A DNA stretch of 64,000 bases from positions 2,254-66,253 of the forward strand of contig CAZADG010000003.1 in the NCBI GenBank assembly GCA_964483865.1. The letters are read 5' to 3'. The notes beneath the pieces were generated by a model, which was not told the DNA's origin, ran no database searches, and worked only from the letters and a program-made list of their open reading frames with translations. Position numbers and translations under genes: made by a program. This DNA comes from an uncultured Mycobacterium sp. Lineage in GTDB: Bacteria; Actinomycetota; Actinomycetes; Mycobacteriales; Mycobacteriaceae. Below, in pieces: positions 1 to 10,791 of this stretch; positions within the stretch are counted from its first letter, which is position 1, and every line of letters starts with the position of its first letter.

Positions 1-57
1 ATGGCGCCGTACTTCCTTGTCCAGGTCAGCGAGTTGACCCCGCCCGCGCCGTCCTGA
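1..57 (+). CDS. Probable 3' end of an upstream gene, truncated by the window edge
   Basis: Open frame from base 1 (MAPYFLVQVSELTPPAPS) ending at TGA 55-57; no family assignable. Confidence 0.3.
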   Translation: MAPYFLVQVSELTPPAPS

Positions 58-382
58 GTACTGCCGGCTGGCACAGCAAACAGATGGGAATTGAAGGAGT
101 AGGGCCAATCCATCGACCGGCCGGTGATCACCATGCCATCCGGTCCGAGCCAGGTCACCCGGCTGCAGGCATGAGCTGACGGTGACAATCCGACCAGGGC
201 CACGACCGTGGCCAGGGCGGCTACGAGGCGCAAGCAAGCTGACTTTGGCATGGCCGTCCCTTCGGCTGATTCTCGGCAATTCTGGCAGGTCACGGATGTC
301 CTTAGAAGTACGGTGAACACCGGCGCGCCGATCGGCAACAATGGGCGCCAGGGAATTCCCCAAACCAGCAAGCGGAGGTGTC

Positions 383-1999
383 ATGGTCGAGCGTCGCAAG
401 CCCGCCATCGAGGGGGCGCGCCGCCGACTCGGCATTCAGGATGCCCTGTGGCTGGAGATGGACCGGCCGAACAATCTGATGGTCGTCGACTCGGTGATCT
501 GGACTTCCGAACCGCTGGACTTCACCGAACTGCGCAAGGTCGTCAAACAACGTCTGATCGACCGCTACCCGGTGTTCCGCAGCAAAGCAGTCCACGACGA
601 GGATGGCTCCTGGTGGTGGGAGCCGGACCCCCATTTCAAACTCGAAAATCACGTCTCGCTGGTGTCACTACACAATCCAGACGATCCACATGCCCTGCAG
701 GAACTTGTCGCCGCGCACCGCACCGACAGTCTGGATCGCGATCGCCCGCTGTGGCAATCGATTTGGATCAAACGCTATGGCGAGGGCAGCGCGATGATCC
801 TGCGCAGCCACCACGCCATCGCCGACGGCATGCGGATGGTGCAGTTGGCGATGAGTCTTTTCGACTCCACCCCGCAGGGCGGGCCGATCCTGGCGCCGGC
901 GGTCATCCAGACCGGTGCACAACCGCACCCTCCGGGTCGTCCTCTGCCTGACCGGGTTCGCTTCGGGGTGGCCGAAGTCGCCCGCACGGCGGGTGACGCC
1001 GTCTCCCGGGTCTCGGAGTCCAAGCTGCTCAAGCGGGCCGCGAAAATCGGCGGATTCGCGCTGCGCAACCCTGTGGGGGCCGGGGCCACCCTGCTGACCG
1101 CGGTCCGCGCCGGTGCCGCAGATCTCGGTGGCACGATTCGCGCCGCCGTCCCGGGCGGTGGCACCCTCGTCGACATCTTCTCCGCGGTTCCCGGGGACGT
1201 CGACACCGTCCGCAAGTTGCTGATCGGCACCCGCAACGACGCCACCATCTGGACCGGCACGGCCAGTGGGCAGAAGAGCGTGGCCTGGTCGGATCCACTG
1301 CCGATGGCCGCGATGAAAGCGGTGGCCAGGGCGAACCGTGCCACCGTCAACGACGTTCTGGTCGCCTGTATCGCGTTGACCCTGCACGACTATCTTCGGG
1401 ACCACGAGGCGTTGTGCTCATCAGTGACGTTCATGGTGCCGGTGAACCTCAAGCCGCTGGATCTGACGTTGCCGGACTCGCTGGGCAACGACTTCGCACT
1501 GGTGCAGCTGGAACTGCCCACCGACGAACCCGACCCGCACAAGGTGCTCGCCACTGCCAAGCGGCGGATGGACCGCATCAAGCACGGCCACGAAGCAGCC
1601 GTCGCGTTCCGATTCCAGGAGACCATCGCAGGCTTCAGTCGCGGTCTCTACGAGGCGTCGGTGGATCTGTTCGCTAACCGAACTTTGGGAACGCTGACCA
1701 ACGTGCCCGGCCCTCCGTCCACTGTGTATCTGGCCGGCAGCCAGGTTGAGGGCATTGTCGGCTGGGCTCCGGTGTCAGGGGACCAGCCGATGAGCTTCAC
1801 CATCGCCAGTTACAACGGCCGGGTTATCGTCGGAATCGCTTGCGACACAGCGCTGGTACCCGACCACGAGCAGATCACCGAGGGATTCATCGACGCGTTC
1901 GAGCGGTTGGCCGACGCCACCCCCGGGGTGGTGCTGATGCCGGTCAGCTGGGGTCGGGCAGGGAAAGGCCCCCGGAAAGGTCGCGGCCAAAAGCGATGA
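383..1999 (+). CDS. Wax ester synthase / diacylglycerol acyltransferase (WS/DGAT)
   Basis: HHAIADG catalytic motif, LDRDRPLW, TVNDVLVA, TNVPGP; GGAGG RBS before ATG 383 (ORF track starts at 341). Confidence 0.9.
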   Translation: MVERRKPAIEGARRRLGIQDALWLEMDRPNNLMVVDSVIWTSEPLDFTELRKVVKQRLIDRYPVFRSKAVHDEDGSWWWEPDPHFKLENHVSLVSLHNPDDPHALQELVAAHRTDSLDRDRPLWQSIWIKRYGEGSAMILRSHHAIADGMRMVQLAMSLFDSTPQGGPILAPAVIQTGAQPHPPGRPLPDRVRFGVAEVARTAGDAVSRVSESKLLKRAAKIGGFALRNPVGAGATLLTAVRAGAADLGGTIRAAVPGGGTLVDIFSAVPGDVDTVRKLLIGTRNDATIWTGTASGQKSVAWSDPLPMAAMKAVARANRATVNDVLVACIALTLHDYLRDHEALCSSVTFMVPVNLKPLDLTLPDSLGNDFALVQLELPTDEPDPHKVLATAKRRMDRIKHGHEAAVAFRFQETIAGFSRGLYEASVDLFANRTLGTLTNVPGPPSTVYLAGSQVEGIVGWAPVSGDQPMSFTIASYNGRVIVGIACDTALVPDHEQITEGFIDAFERLADATPGVVLMPVSWGRAGKGPRKGRGQKR

Positions 2000-2579
2000 G
2001 GGCGCGACGGCCGATGTCGAGCAGATCCTGATCGAAGTCGCTGTTGTCGCGGAAGGCCAACTCCAGCACGCGATCGGCGATCTCGACAGCCACCAGCAGC
2101 GCCCGGGTGTCGGTGTGCGAAGGAATCAGGCCCTTGCCTACCAGGATCGCGTGGATGCGTTCGGCCAGGGTCTGCATGCGGGCGCGGACGTGTTTGGCGA
2201 CGGTGGGGGAGGTCCGTCCGCCCATCCACAGCCGCGCCGAACTCGGGTAGCGCCGGTAGTAGTGCACGTGCAGGTCGAGTTCATTGTTGAGCAGATCCGC
2301 GATCGAGGTGATCTGCCAGGACTTCTCGGCCTGGACGCAGCGGTCATCCAACTCCGCGACATGGCGCTCCATGAGTTCGTCGAGGATAGCCTCGCGGTCG
2401 GCGAAGAATCGGTATAGCGACGGGTAGGAGACCCCAGCCCGGTCTGCGATCGCGCGGGTGGTGGCGGCGTCGACGCCCTGCTCGTCAGCAATCGCGGCAG
2501 CAGCATCGAGGATGCGCACCACCGTCTGCCGACTGCGCTCCTGAACCGGCGCCCGGCGGGACACGCTCGCGGTCGTCAC
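1944..2579 (-). CDS. TetR/AcrR family transcriptional regulator
   Basis: N-terminal TetR HTH (ILDAAAAIADEQGVDAATTRAIADRAGVSYPSLYRFF); divergent from the monooxygenase. Confidence 0.9.
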   Translation of the reverse strand: MTTASVSRRAPVQERSRQTVVRILDAAAAIADEQGVDAATTRAIADRAGVSYPSLYRFFADREAILDELMERHVAELDDRCVQAEKSWQITSIADLLNNELDLHVHYYRRYPSSARLWMGGRTSPTVAKHVRARMQTLAERIHAILVGKGLIPSHTDTRALLVAVEIADRVLELAFRDNSDFDQDLLDIGRRALIAFGRDLSGGLSLPDPS

Positions 2580-2600
2580 GTGGAAACTTCCCCCATATCC

Positions 2601-2633
2601 TTGACACCTGTCGATAGAACTATAACATTGTTA
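2601..2633 (+). promoter_or_regulatory. SigA-type promoter for the monooxygenase with an overlapping palindrome (candidate TetR operator)
   Basis: TTGACA 2601-2606, 16-nt spacer, TAACAT 2623-2628; palindrome TAACA-T-TGTTA 2623-2633. Confidence 0.55.
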
Positions 2634-2665
2634 GCGTTTAGATCCACGCCGAATCGGGAGTCCGC

Positions 2666-4195
<1,530 letters not shown>

Positions 4196-4250
4196 GGAAC
4201 CCCGCAGAGGGTGACTCGCACCGTGTCTGCGTAGGGCCTCACACAGCGGA

Positions 4251-5117
4251 TTGGATGTGAGCGTGGAGTCCGAACCCCAGCACCGCACCGCCCTTGAGCA
4301 ACTCGCTGACGCAATCCTGGGTGCCGTCGAGCAGGCGGTGGATCCGGGCGGGGAACATCTCGAATCCGCGTTGAACTCGATCCGGCACCGGGTGATCGAG
4401 TTCGTCCGTCGGTATCACCGATTGCAGGTGGAGGTCGAAGCCGACGCACTCGAAGATCCCGTCCTTTTCGTGGGCAACCACGGGTTCGGCGGGATCGTCG
4501 ACCTCAACGTGATGGCGGTCAGCGCGGTGCTGGAGGATCTTGCACTCGACCGACCTGTCACCTTTCTGACCCACCAACTCGCCTGGACGCTGGGGGTCGG
4601 ACCGATCGTCGAGCATCTCGGCGCCAAGCCCGCCAGCCGCGAGAGTGCCCACCAGGCCTTCGCCGAAGGCCATCACGTGGTGGTCTTCCCCGGCGGCGAC
4701 GTGGATGCGGCCAAGAAATTCAGCGATCGCAACCAGATCGTCTTCGGCGGCCGCAGCGGATTCGCTGAGCTGGCCATCAATCAGGGCGTACCGATCGTTC
4801 CCATCGTCACCGCCGGGGCGGGGGAGTCGCTGCTGGTGCTCTCCGACGGTGAAAGACTCGCCCGCGCTTTGCGTTTGGACAAGCTGCTGCGGGTCAAGGC
4901 TCTACCGACCAGCCTGTCCATTCCGTGGGGGCTGAACGTCGGTGCCGTGGGGATGCTTCCGTATCTTCCGCTTCCCACCAAACTGCATACCCGGGTCCTG
5001 CCCGCCACCGTCGCCGGCCCCGGAGAGACCGCCGCGGCGTACGCCGAGCGGATCCACACCCTCATGCAGGACGCGCTGACGGAGATGACCCGCAATCGTC
5101 TGCCGCTGATCGGCTAG
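4251..5117 (+). CDS. Lysophospholipid/glycerol acyltransferase family protein
   Basis: NHGFGGIVD, VFPGG, GFAELA, VPIVP motifs of PlsC-like acyltransferases. Confidence 0.85.
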   Translation: MDVSVESEPQHRTALEQLADAILGAVEQAVDPGGEHLESALNSIRHRVIEFVRRYHRLQVEVEADALEDPVLFVGNHGFGGIVDLNVMAVSAVLEDLALDRPVTFLTHQLAWTLGVGPIVEHLGAKPASRESAHQAFAEGHHVVVFPGGDVDAAKKFSDRNQIVFGGRSGFAELAINQGVPIVPIVTAGAGESLLVLSDGERLARALRLDKLLRVKALPTSLSIPWGLNVGAVGMLPYLPLPTKLHTRVLPATVAGPGETAAAYAERIHTLMQDALTEMTRNRLPLIG

Positions 5118-5761
5118 TTGACAGGCACGTCCAGAATCGGACGCGGATCCGACGCGCCCGGCCCGTCAAAGTGCCACCACTCGCCGGAGTAGATGGTCAG
5201 CCCGCCGACGGCCATGGCGTTGCGCAGCACTGCCCGATTGGCCTGGGCCGCGGCGCTGATCCCCATGGTGGCGTATGCGGTGGCCTGCGGCGAGAAGTCG
5301 TCGAAGTCGGTGCCCATATCCACCAGACGGCCCCCCACGGCCAGGGTGACGTCTACCGACCTGGCCGACTCGTGGCTGCGCGCGTAGGCACTCGGCCTGG
5401 CCACCCACGCCGGGTCCGGCACCGCATTGAACATCTCAACCTGCGCTTCATGAGGGCGGTAGCAGTCCCAGAACACCAGCGCATAGCCCTGTTCCCGCAG
5501 TGACGCCGCGGCGGCGGCAAGTCCAGGCCCCAGCGACTCGTGCACCAGACAGCGGGCGTCCGGTGGGTAGAGCGGAAGACCGACGAAGTTGTTGGCGGTG
5601 GCGTAGCGCAGGTCCACGATCGCGTCGGGAACAACGCTGCGCACGTCGACCAGTCCGGCAGACCGGGCCTGCGGGCTTACCGGGGGTATCGGGGCGGCAC
5701 TGACCACTGCGGGCCAGGCCAGCGCGACGGCGGCCGACGCCGCCACCAGAACTGTTCGCAT
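5114..5761 (-). CDS. Secreted D-alanyl-D-alanine dipeptidase (VanX/M15D, LpqR-like)
   Basis: Signal peptide, DLRYATANNFVG, WDCYRP, SHESARSVDVTL, DMGTDFDDF, EWWHF. Confidence 0.9.
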   Translation of the reverse strand: MRTVLVAASAAVALAWPAVVSAAPIPPVSPQARSAGLVDVRSVVPDAIVDLRYATANNFVGLPLYPPDARCLVHESLGPGLAAAAASLREQGYALVFWDCYRPHEAQVEMFNAVPDPAWVARPSAYARSHESARSVDVTLAVGGRLVDMGTDFDDFSPQATAYATMGISAAAQANRAVLRNAMAVGGLTIYSGEWWHFDGPGASDPRPILDVPVN

Positions 5762-5893
5762 CTCGGCATTGTCTCCCTCACGCAGGCCCACGGGACGGGC
5801 CAGGTCCGGATACTCGCGTAAGTGGCGGCTGTAACGATTCGCGGGCATGATCGGACAGACGTGTGTAGGCGTTCTTCGACGCGGAGGTGGGAC

Positions 5894-6448
5894 GTGCGTC
5901 TTGTAACCGGTACACGATCGGTGCGGGTGTCCTTGGCGGGAGCGGTCCTCGGTTTCGGGCTGGCGGGCATGGCAGCGCCGGTAGCTGCGGCCGAACCGGT
6001 AGTCCCCGGTGAGCCCGTGGTCCCGGTCCCCGCGGAAGTCCCGCCGCCCCCGCCCGCCCTCGCCCAGGCTGCCGCCCCCGCCCTGCTGACTCCGGCAGAA
6101 GGCACCTCACATCTGCCCAGCCCGGAAAATCTGCCGCCGGGCACCACTCAGACCGCGCCCGAATATCGGACGCTGGACTACCTGAAGGACGTCTGGAAAG
6201 CGCTGCGGACCGAGGATGTGTCTGCCAGCGATGCGCTGCTGCTGTTGGCGCAACGCCCGGTGAACAACACCAACGTCGCTGGCAGCGTCCCGCAGAGCCA
6301 GTCCGGCTCCTCGGGCCCGCCGGCGGCCGTCCCGGCGCCCGTCGCGTCGGCCGTTCCGGCTGCGGATCCCGGTGCCGTGCCGGCTCACGTCGCGCCTGCT
6401 GCCGAGGCGTCTGCCCCCGTCCCGCCACTGCCCGCTCCCGCGGGCTGA
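5894..6448 (+). CDS. Secreted Pro/Ala-rich protein with an RpfA-C-terminus-like segment
   Basis: GGAGG RBS + GTG 5894, signal peptide, HLPSPENLPPGT...YLKDVWKAL...DALLLLAQRP. Confidence 0.7.
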   Translation: MRLVTGTRSVRVSLAGAVLGFGLAGMAAPVAAAEPVVPGEPVVPVPAEVPPPPPALAQAAAPALLTPAEGTSHLPSPENLPPGTTQTAPEYRTLDYLKDVWKALRTEDVSASDALLLLAQRPVNNTNVAGSVPQSQSGSSGPPAAVPAPVASAVPAADPGAVPAHVAPAAEASAPVPPLPAPAG

Positions 6449-6454
6449 GTGGGG

Positions 6455-7096
6455 TCAGCCCAGGCTGACCACGACCTCGTTGCGTCGCAGGAATGGGATC
6501 GTCCACGGTGGATCGTAGAACCAGGCGAACGGTTTCCCAGCCGGTTCGATGTCGTTGTCGTGCAACGCCTTGAGCAGTTCCTCAGTGCGGCTGGTGATCG
6601 CCTCCGGGCTGTAGCTTCCGGAGAATCGCAGCACCGCGACCCGCTCCCCGGCGACTTCGACGAGCCGGACCCGTTCGTCGTTGGGGGCGGGCAGGGTTTC
6701 CAGGGTGTACTCCGAAGGCATGAAGAACCTGATCACCCACTGGCCTGAGCTGCTGCGCTGGGCGCCCACGGGCGCGGTCATCGCGATCTTCTGGCCCTTG
6801 GTCGAGGTAGTGGTGTTCTGCTGAGCAACCGGTGCCGTCATCGCAATCTTGGCCCTGCCCTGGTTGCCGCCGAAGATATAGCCCGCCAACCGCCGGAAAC
6901 CCTCGTTGCGGGCCGCCTCCTCGTTGGCATCGATGGTGGTCTCGGCCGCGATCCGCGCTCCGTAGCGACGGATCTCGACGTCACCGACCCGGCGCTCCAC
7001 GGTGAACGACGGCTCCTCGGTCCCGTGACGAATTCCGACGATGCTGCCGGCACCCTCGGCGACCTGTCCCAGCGCCCCGGCGATCTTGTTCAGCAT
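6455..7096 (-). CDS. SOUL heme-binding family protein
   Basis: TEEPSF, EIRRY, GFRRLAGYIFGGN, KIAMTAPV, FFMP, YDPPWTIPFLRRNEV; AGGAGG RBS. Confidence 0.9.
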   Translation of the reverse strand: MLNKIAGALGQVAEGAGSIVGIRHGTEEPSFTVERRVGDVEIRRYGARIAAETTIDANEEAARNEGFRRLAGYIFGGNQGRAKIAMTAPVAQQNTTTSTKGQKIAMTAPVGAQRSSSGQWVIRFFMPSEYTLETLPAPNDERVRLVEVAGERVAVLRFSGSYSPEAITSRTEELLKALHDNDIEPAGKPFAWFYDPPWTIPFLRRNEVVVSLG

Positions 7097-7180
7097 GATG
7101 AACCCTCCTTTGGTTACGACCATTCAACGTGGGATGCCGATCATTGGGTTCCGCCGCCCCATCGCTGCTAGTTTTCCCCC

Positions 7181-7963
7181 GTGCGGGAACTCGTCGTCGC
7201 CCTACCGCTGTGGGCGATCATCGGTGTGATGGTGCTGTTCTTCTGGGCGGTGACCAAGGCGGCGCGGGAATTCGTGCTGCGTCGCCACACCGAAGAGGAG
7301 CGAGAGGTGCTGGCCGAGCAGGCCAACAACCTGCTCACAGGTGTGGCCGCCACCTTCGCTTTCTTCGTCGGGTTCGCCATCTCGGCGAGTTGGGGAGCCG
7401 TGACGACGGCTCTGACGGCCGTGGAAAGACAGGCCACTGCAGTGCACCAGATGGCCTGGGAACTCAACAACATCCCGGACAAGACCGAATCGGCCGCGCT
7501 CATGGACAAACTCAGGGTCTATGCAACTGTGGTGGCCAATGAGGATAGCGAATCCCTGGTCAATGGCTCGACCACGCAGATGCCCTCCGCCGCGGCACTC
7601 GACGAGTTCGAAAACGCTCTGCACAACTACGCCTACGGCCCGAAGGCGCCCGAACGGCAGGCCGCCCCGCTGGTCGCCTCGGCGTCGGAGGTCAGTACCG
7701 CGGGTGCCGGCGTCGAGGCGGTCGCCAACCGCGCCCTGCCCCGTCCGCTCTTCATTCTGCTGATGGTGGTCGGAGTCCTCTCATCGGTCCTCATGGGCAT
7801 CAGCACGGTGACCTACAAGCGGCCGTCGCTGATCTTCATCTGGTGTCTGATCCCCGCGGTGTCGATCACGACGGTGGTGGCGCTGGCCTACCCGTTCGCG
7901 ATGCGGTCCGGCGGTACCCTGGCTCCGATGCAGACGGTCGCCACAGAGTTGGCTGGGCGTTGA
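7181..7963 (+). CDS. Membrane protein (DUF4239-like)
   Basis: Two N-terminal and two C-terminal TM segments around a soluble helical region; LAYPF near the C-terminus. Confidence 0.65.
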   Translation: MRELVVALPLWAIIGVMVLFFWAVTKAAREFVLRRHTEEEREVLAEQANNLLTGVAATFAFFVGFAISASWGAVTTALTAVERQATAVHQMAWELNNIPDKTESAALMDKLRVYATVVANEDSESLVNGSTTQMPSAAALDEFENALHNYAYGPKAPERQAAPLVASASEVSTAGAGVEAVANRALPRPLFILLMVVGVLSSVLMGISTVTYKRPSLIFIWCLIPAVSITTVVALAYPFAMRSGGTLAPMQTVATELAGR

Positions 7964-7966
7964 CTT

Positions 7967-9082
7967 CTAGCGGGTGAGCCGGGCGTAGCGGGTGCGGTGG
8001 TGGTCGGTGGAGCCGAATTCATACTGCAGCGCGGTGAGCCGCTTGAAGTAATGCCCGATGGCCAGTTCCTCGGTCATGCCCATGCCGCCGTGCAGTTGCA
8101 CCGCGTTCTGGCCGACGAACCGCGCCGCCCGACCGACGGTGGCTTTGGCGGCAGACACCGCCCTGGCCCGGGTGTCGGGGTCGGCCTCGAGGTTCAGTAC
8201 GGCCAGATAGGCGGCGGCAACGGACTGCTCCACTTCCATGTACATGTCCACCATCCGATGTTGCAGCACTTGGAAACTGCCGATCGGAGTGCCGAACTGC
8301 TGGCGCTGCTTGCAGTAGTCGACGGTATCAGCGAGCACTTTGCGCATGGCGCCGACGGCTTCGGCGCACACCGCCGCCGCACCCTCGTCGCGGGCGCGCG
8401 CCAGTGACGGCCCGGCGTCTCGGTGCAGCAGGGCCGTGGCGGGCAGTCGCAGGCCGTCGAAAACCAGGTCCGCGGCGCGGCGGTCGTCGATGGTGCGATA
8501 GGAGTGCAACTGCATTCCGGCCGGGGGAGCCGACGGGTCGAATTCGGTGAGGAACAGCGAGATGCCGCTGTCGGTGCCAGCCGCGATCAGCACATGGGTA
8601 GCGATAGGAGCGGCGACGACGACAGACGTGGATCCGGTGAGAAACCAGCCGCCATTCTCGTGAATTGCTCTGGTAGACATCGACTCCCAATGATCCGATG
8701 ATTCCCCGGCCGCGAGGGCGACGATCGCCGATCCCTCGCCGATCTGTTCGAGCACGGCTGACGCGTCGTCGGTCGCGGCCCGCTGCAGCAGTCCGCCGGC
8801 CACCACGACGGTGTCGATGAACGGTTCGATGACCAGGGCTCGACCCAGCTCCTCGGCGATCACCATGGTCTCGACCGAACCGCCGCCGATGCCCCCCGCG
8901 GATTCGGGCAGGGTGGCTCCGAGGATCCCGAGTTCCTCGGCGAAGGCCCGCCAGATCTCGGGCTGCCAACCCGCGCCGGTCTTGGCGGCGGCCCGGCTGC
9001 GCTCCAGGTCGTAACGCGAAGCGAGGAACCTACTCAGGCCGTCCCGCAGCATTTCTTGTTCGGCGGACATGGTGAAGTGCAC
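7967..9082 (-). CDS. Acyl-CoA dehydrogenase (partner subunit)
   Basis: RQQFGTPIGSFQVLQH, QLHGGMGMTEE. Confidence 0.9.
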   Translation of the reverse strand: MHFTMSAEQEMLRDGLSRFLASRYDLERSRAAAKTGAGWQPEIWRAFAEELGILGATLPESAGGIGGGSVETMVIAEELGRALVIEPFIDTVVVAGGLLQRAATDDASAVLEQIGEGSAIVALAAGESSDHWESMSTRAIHENGGWFLTGSTSVVVAAPIATHVLIAAGTDSGISLFLTEFDPSAPPAGMQLHSYRTIDDRRAADLVFDGLRLPATALLHRDAGPSLARARDEGAAAVCAEAVGAMRKVLADTVDYCKQRQQFGTPIGSFQVLQHRMVDMYMEVEQSVAAAYLAVLNLEADPDTRARAVSAAKATVGRAARFVGQNAVQLHGGMGMTEELAIGHYFKRLTALQYEFGSTDHHRTRYARLTR

Positions 9083-9102
9083 TTTTCGAAAACTCCTTCG
9101 CC

Positions 9103-10311
9103 CTATAGGCCCAGTGTCGCTTTGGCCAGGATGTTGCGCTGAATCTCGTTGCTGCCGGCATAGATTGAGCCCGCCCGGTCATTGAAGTAGCGCAGCGGCG
9201 CCACTGCCTGCCACGGCTGACCGCTGACGTAACCATCGGCCGGGGGCTGAAAGTCGGCGATCGGGCCGCCGGGTCGGGTGGCGTGTGGTTGGTAGACCCG
9301 CCCAAGCGGACCGGCCGCTTCCATCGCCAGTTCGGTGATCGCCTGGCTAAGTTCGGTCGACAGGATCTTCAGCATCGACGATGCGGCACCGGGGTTTCGG
9401 CCCTCGGCCACCGTGGCCAGCACCCGGTACTCCAGGATCTCCAGCACCTCGGTGCGGATCCGGGCATCGGCAAGTTTGGCGGCGAAGGCCGGATCGTCCA
9501 GCAGGGGCCCGGCATTGGCTGCGATGGACTCGGCCATCACCTGCAAGGAAGGGGCGGCGGCGCTGCCGCCGCGCTCGAACTCGAGCAGGTACTTGGCCAC
9601 CGTCCAACCGTCATCGATCCGGCCGATCACATTCGACTTCGGCACCCGCACGGAATCGAAGAAGATCTGGGTCTGGATCTCTTCGCCGGATGTCATCACC
9701 AGAGGCCGGATCTTGATGCCCGGAGAGTTCATGTCGATGAGCAGGAAGGTGATGCCCTGCTGCTTGCGAGCCCCACGAGTGGTGCGAACAAGGGCGAAAA
9801 TCCAGTTCGCTTCCATGGCGTGGGTCGTCCAGATTTTGCTGCCGGTACACACTAGGTCGTCGCCGTCGTCGACGGCGGCCATCATCAGCGACGCCAGGTC
9901 CGAGCCTGCCTCCGGCTCGGAGTAGCCCTGACAGAAGAACACCTCGCCGGTCAGGATCCGGGGTAGGAAGTAGTCCTTCTGCGCGGGGGAGCCAAAGGCG
10001 ATGATGGCGTGGGCCACCATGTGAATTCCCATGGGGGACAATGACGGTGCGCCGGCCAGGGTGGATTCCCGACTGAAGATGTAGTGCTGAGTCAGCGTCC
10101 AGTCGCAGCCACCGTATTCCACCGGCCACGCCGGTGCCGCCCAGCCGCGTTCGTGCAGGATCGCCTGCCAGGCCATGGAGGCCTCATGGTCGGCGTAGAC
10201 GCTCGTCATCAGCCGGCCCGCCCGGCGCAGATCGTCGGTCAACTTCTCGTCGAGAAACGCCCGCACCTCATCGCGGAACTCCAGGTCCTTCGCCGACCAC
10301 GCCAGGTCCAT
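9103..10311 (-). CDS. Acyl-CoA dehydrogenase
   Basis: CQGYSEPEAGSDLA, GSKIWTT, IYAGSNEIQRN; adjacent pair typical of heteromeric ACADs. Confidence 0.92.
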   Translation of the reverse strand: MDLAWSAKDLEFRDEVRAFLDEKLTDDLRRAGRLMTSVYADHEASMAWQAILHERGWAAPAWPVEYGGCDWTLTQHYIFSRESTLAGAPSLSPMGIHMVAHAIIAFGSPAQKDYFLPRILTGEVFFCQGYSEPEAGSDLASLMMAAVDDGDDLVCTGSKIWTTHAMEANWIFALVRTTRGARKQQGITFLLIDMNSPGIKIRPLVMTSGEEIQTQIFFDSVRVPKSNVIGRIDDGWTVAKYLLEFERGGSAAAPSLQVMAESIAANAGPLLDDPAFAAKLADARIRTEVLEILEYRVLATVAEGRNPGAASSMLKILSTELSQAITELAMEAAGPLGRVYQPHATRPGGPIADFQPPADGYVSGQPWQAVAPLRYFNDRAGSIYAGSNEIQRNILAKATLGL

Positions 10312-10471
10312 CTTCCGTCCCCTCATCTGCGTACGGGTGTTGTCAGAAATTTAGACCCTGCCGCGCAGGCGGTGCGCAGTGGCCCGAGCTGAATGCGACG
10401 TGTCGCGTGGGCATGTCCGAAAAGCCGAATGTCGAGAGCCTGTCCGCTCTGCCGGACAAGTGGTCTGCCCA

Positions 10472-10498
10472 GGTTTGGGTTCTCGTCACCCGGGGAAC
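10472..10498 (+). promoter_or_regulatory. SigF-like promoter
   Basis: GGTTT-N16-GGGAAC, close to the mycobacterial SigF consensus GGWWT-N16/17-GGGTAY. Confidence 0.45.
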
Positions 10499-10504
10499 AG
10501 GACC

Positions 10505-10576
10505 TTTCAGACCCCCACAGGCGTCGGAGACCCGATCCAGAGAGGCCCGGTCCCTTCACTAGGGGCCGGGCCTTTC
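10505..10576 (+). ncRNA. Candidate small RNA with two stem-loops
   Basis: Lies between a SigF-like promoter and a strong hairpin + TTT; no plausible plus-strand ORF. Confidence 0.35.
10542..10576. terminator. Intrinsic terminator hairpin, probably bidirectional
   Basis: GAGGCCCGGTCCCT-tcact-AGGGGCCGGGCCTT-TC; lies just downstream of the cstA-ybdD operon on the minus strand. Confidence 0.75.
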
Positions 10577-10599
10577 GTCGGCTCTGATCGCTGAGGCGA

Positions 10600-10791
10600 T
10601 CAGCAGCAGCGCACCCCCGGCCGCACCTCTGCCTCCCGGTGCCGCATCCGCCAGTACTGGGCTTCGGAGATCACCGGCTCGCCGGGATGTGCGCGACGAC
10701 GGTGCGCCACGTACCGCTGGTAGTGGCTGTCGCCCATCAACGCGCCGACGTACCAACGGATCTGGCGACTGATTCGGGTAAGGCGTCCCAT
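10600..10791 (-). CDS. YbdD/YjiX family small protein (CstA-associated)
   Basis: MGDSHYQRYVAHRRRAHPGEPV...YWR...RCC; overlaps the cstA 3' end. Confidence 0.88.
   Translation of the reverse strand: MGRLTRISRQIRWYVGALMGDSHYQRYVAHRRRAHPGEPVISEAQYWRMRHREAEVRPGVRCC

Noticed and set aside
58-340. Intergenic region before WS/DGAT, including ORFs 208-951 (+) and 302-652 (-)
   Set aside because: No motifs or convincing structure; both ORFs overlap the better-supported WS/DGAT gene.
5114-5761. vanX glycopeptide resistance gene
   Set aside because: It has a signal peptide and no vanH/vanA neighbours; consistent with a housekeeping mycobacterial M15 peptidase.
10600-10608. Possible selenocysteine readthrough at the YbdD/YjiX C-terminus
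   Set aside because: The protein already ends in Cys-Cys; the TGA follows the complete RCC motif and is best read as a stop.
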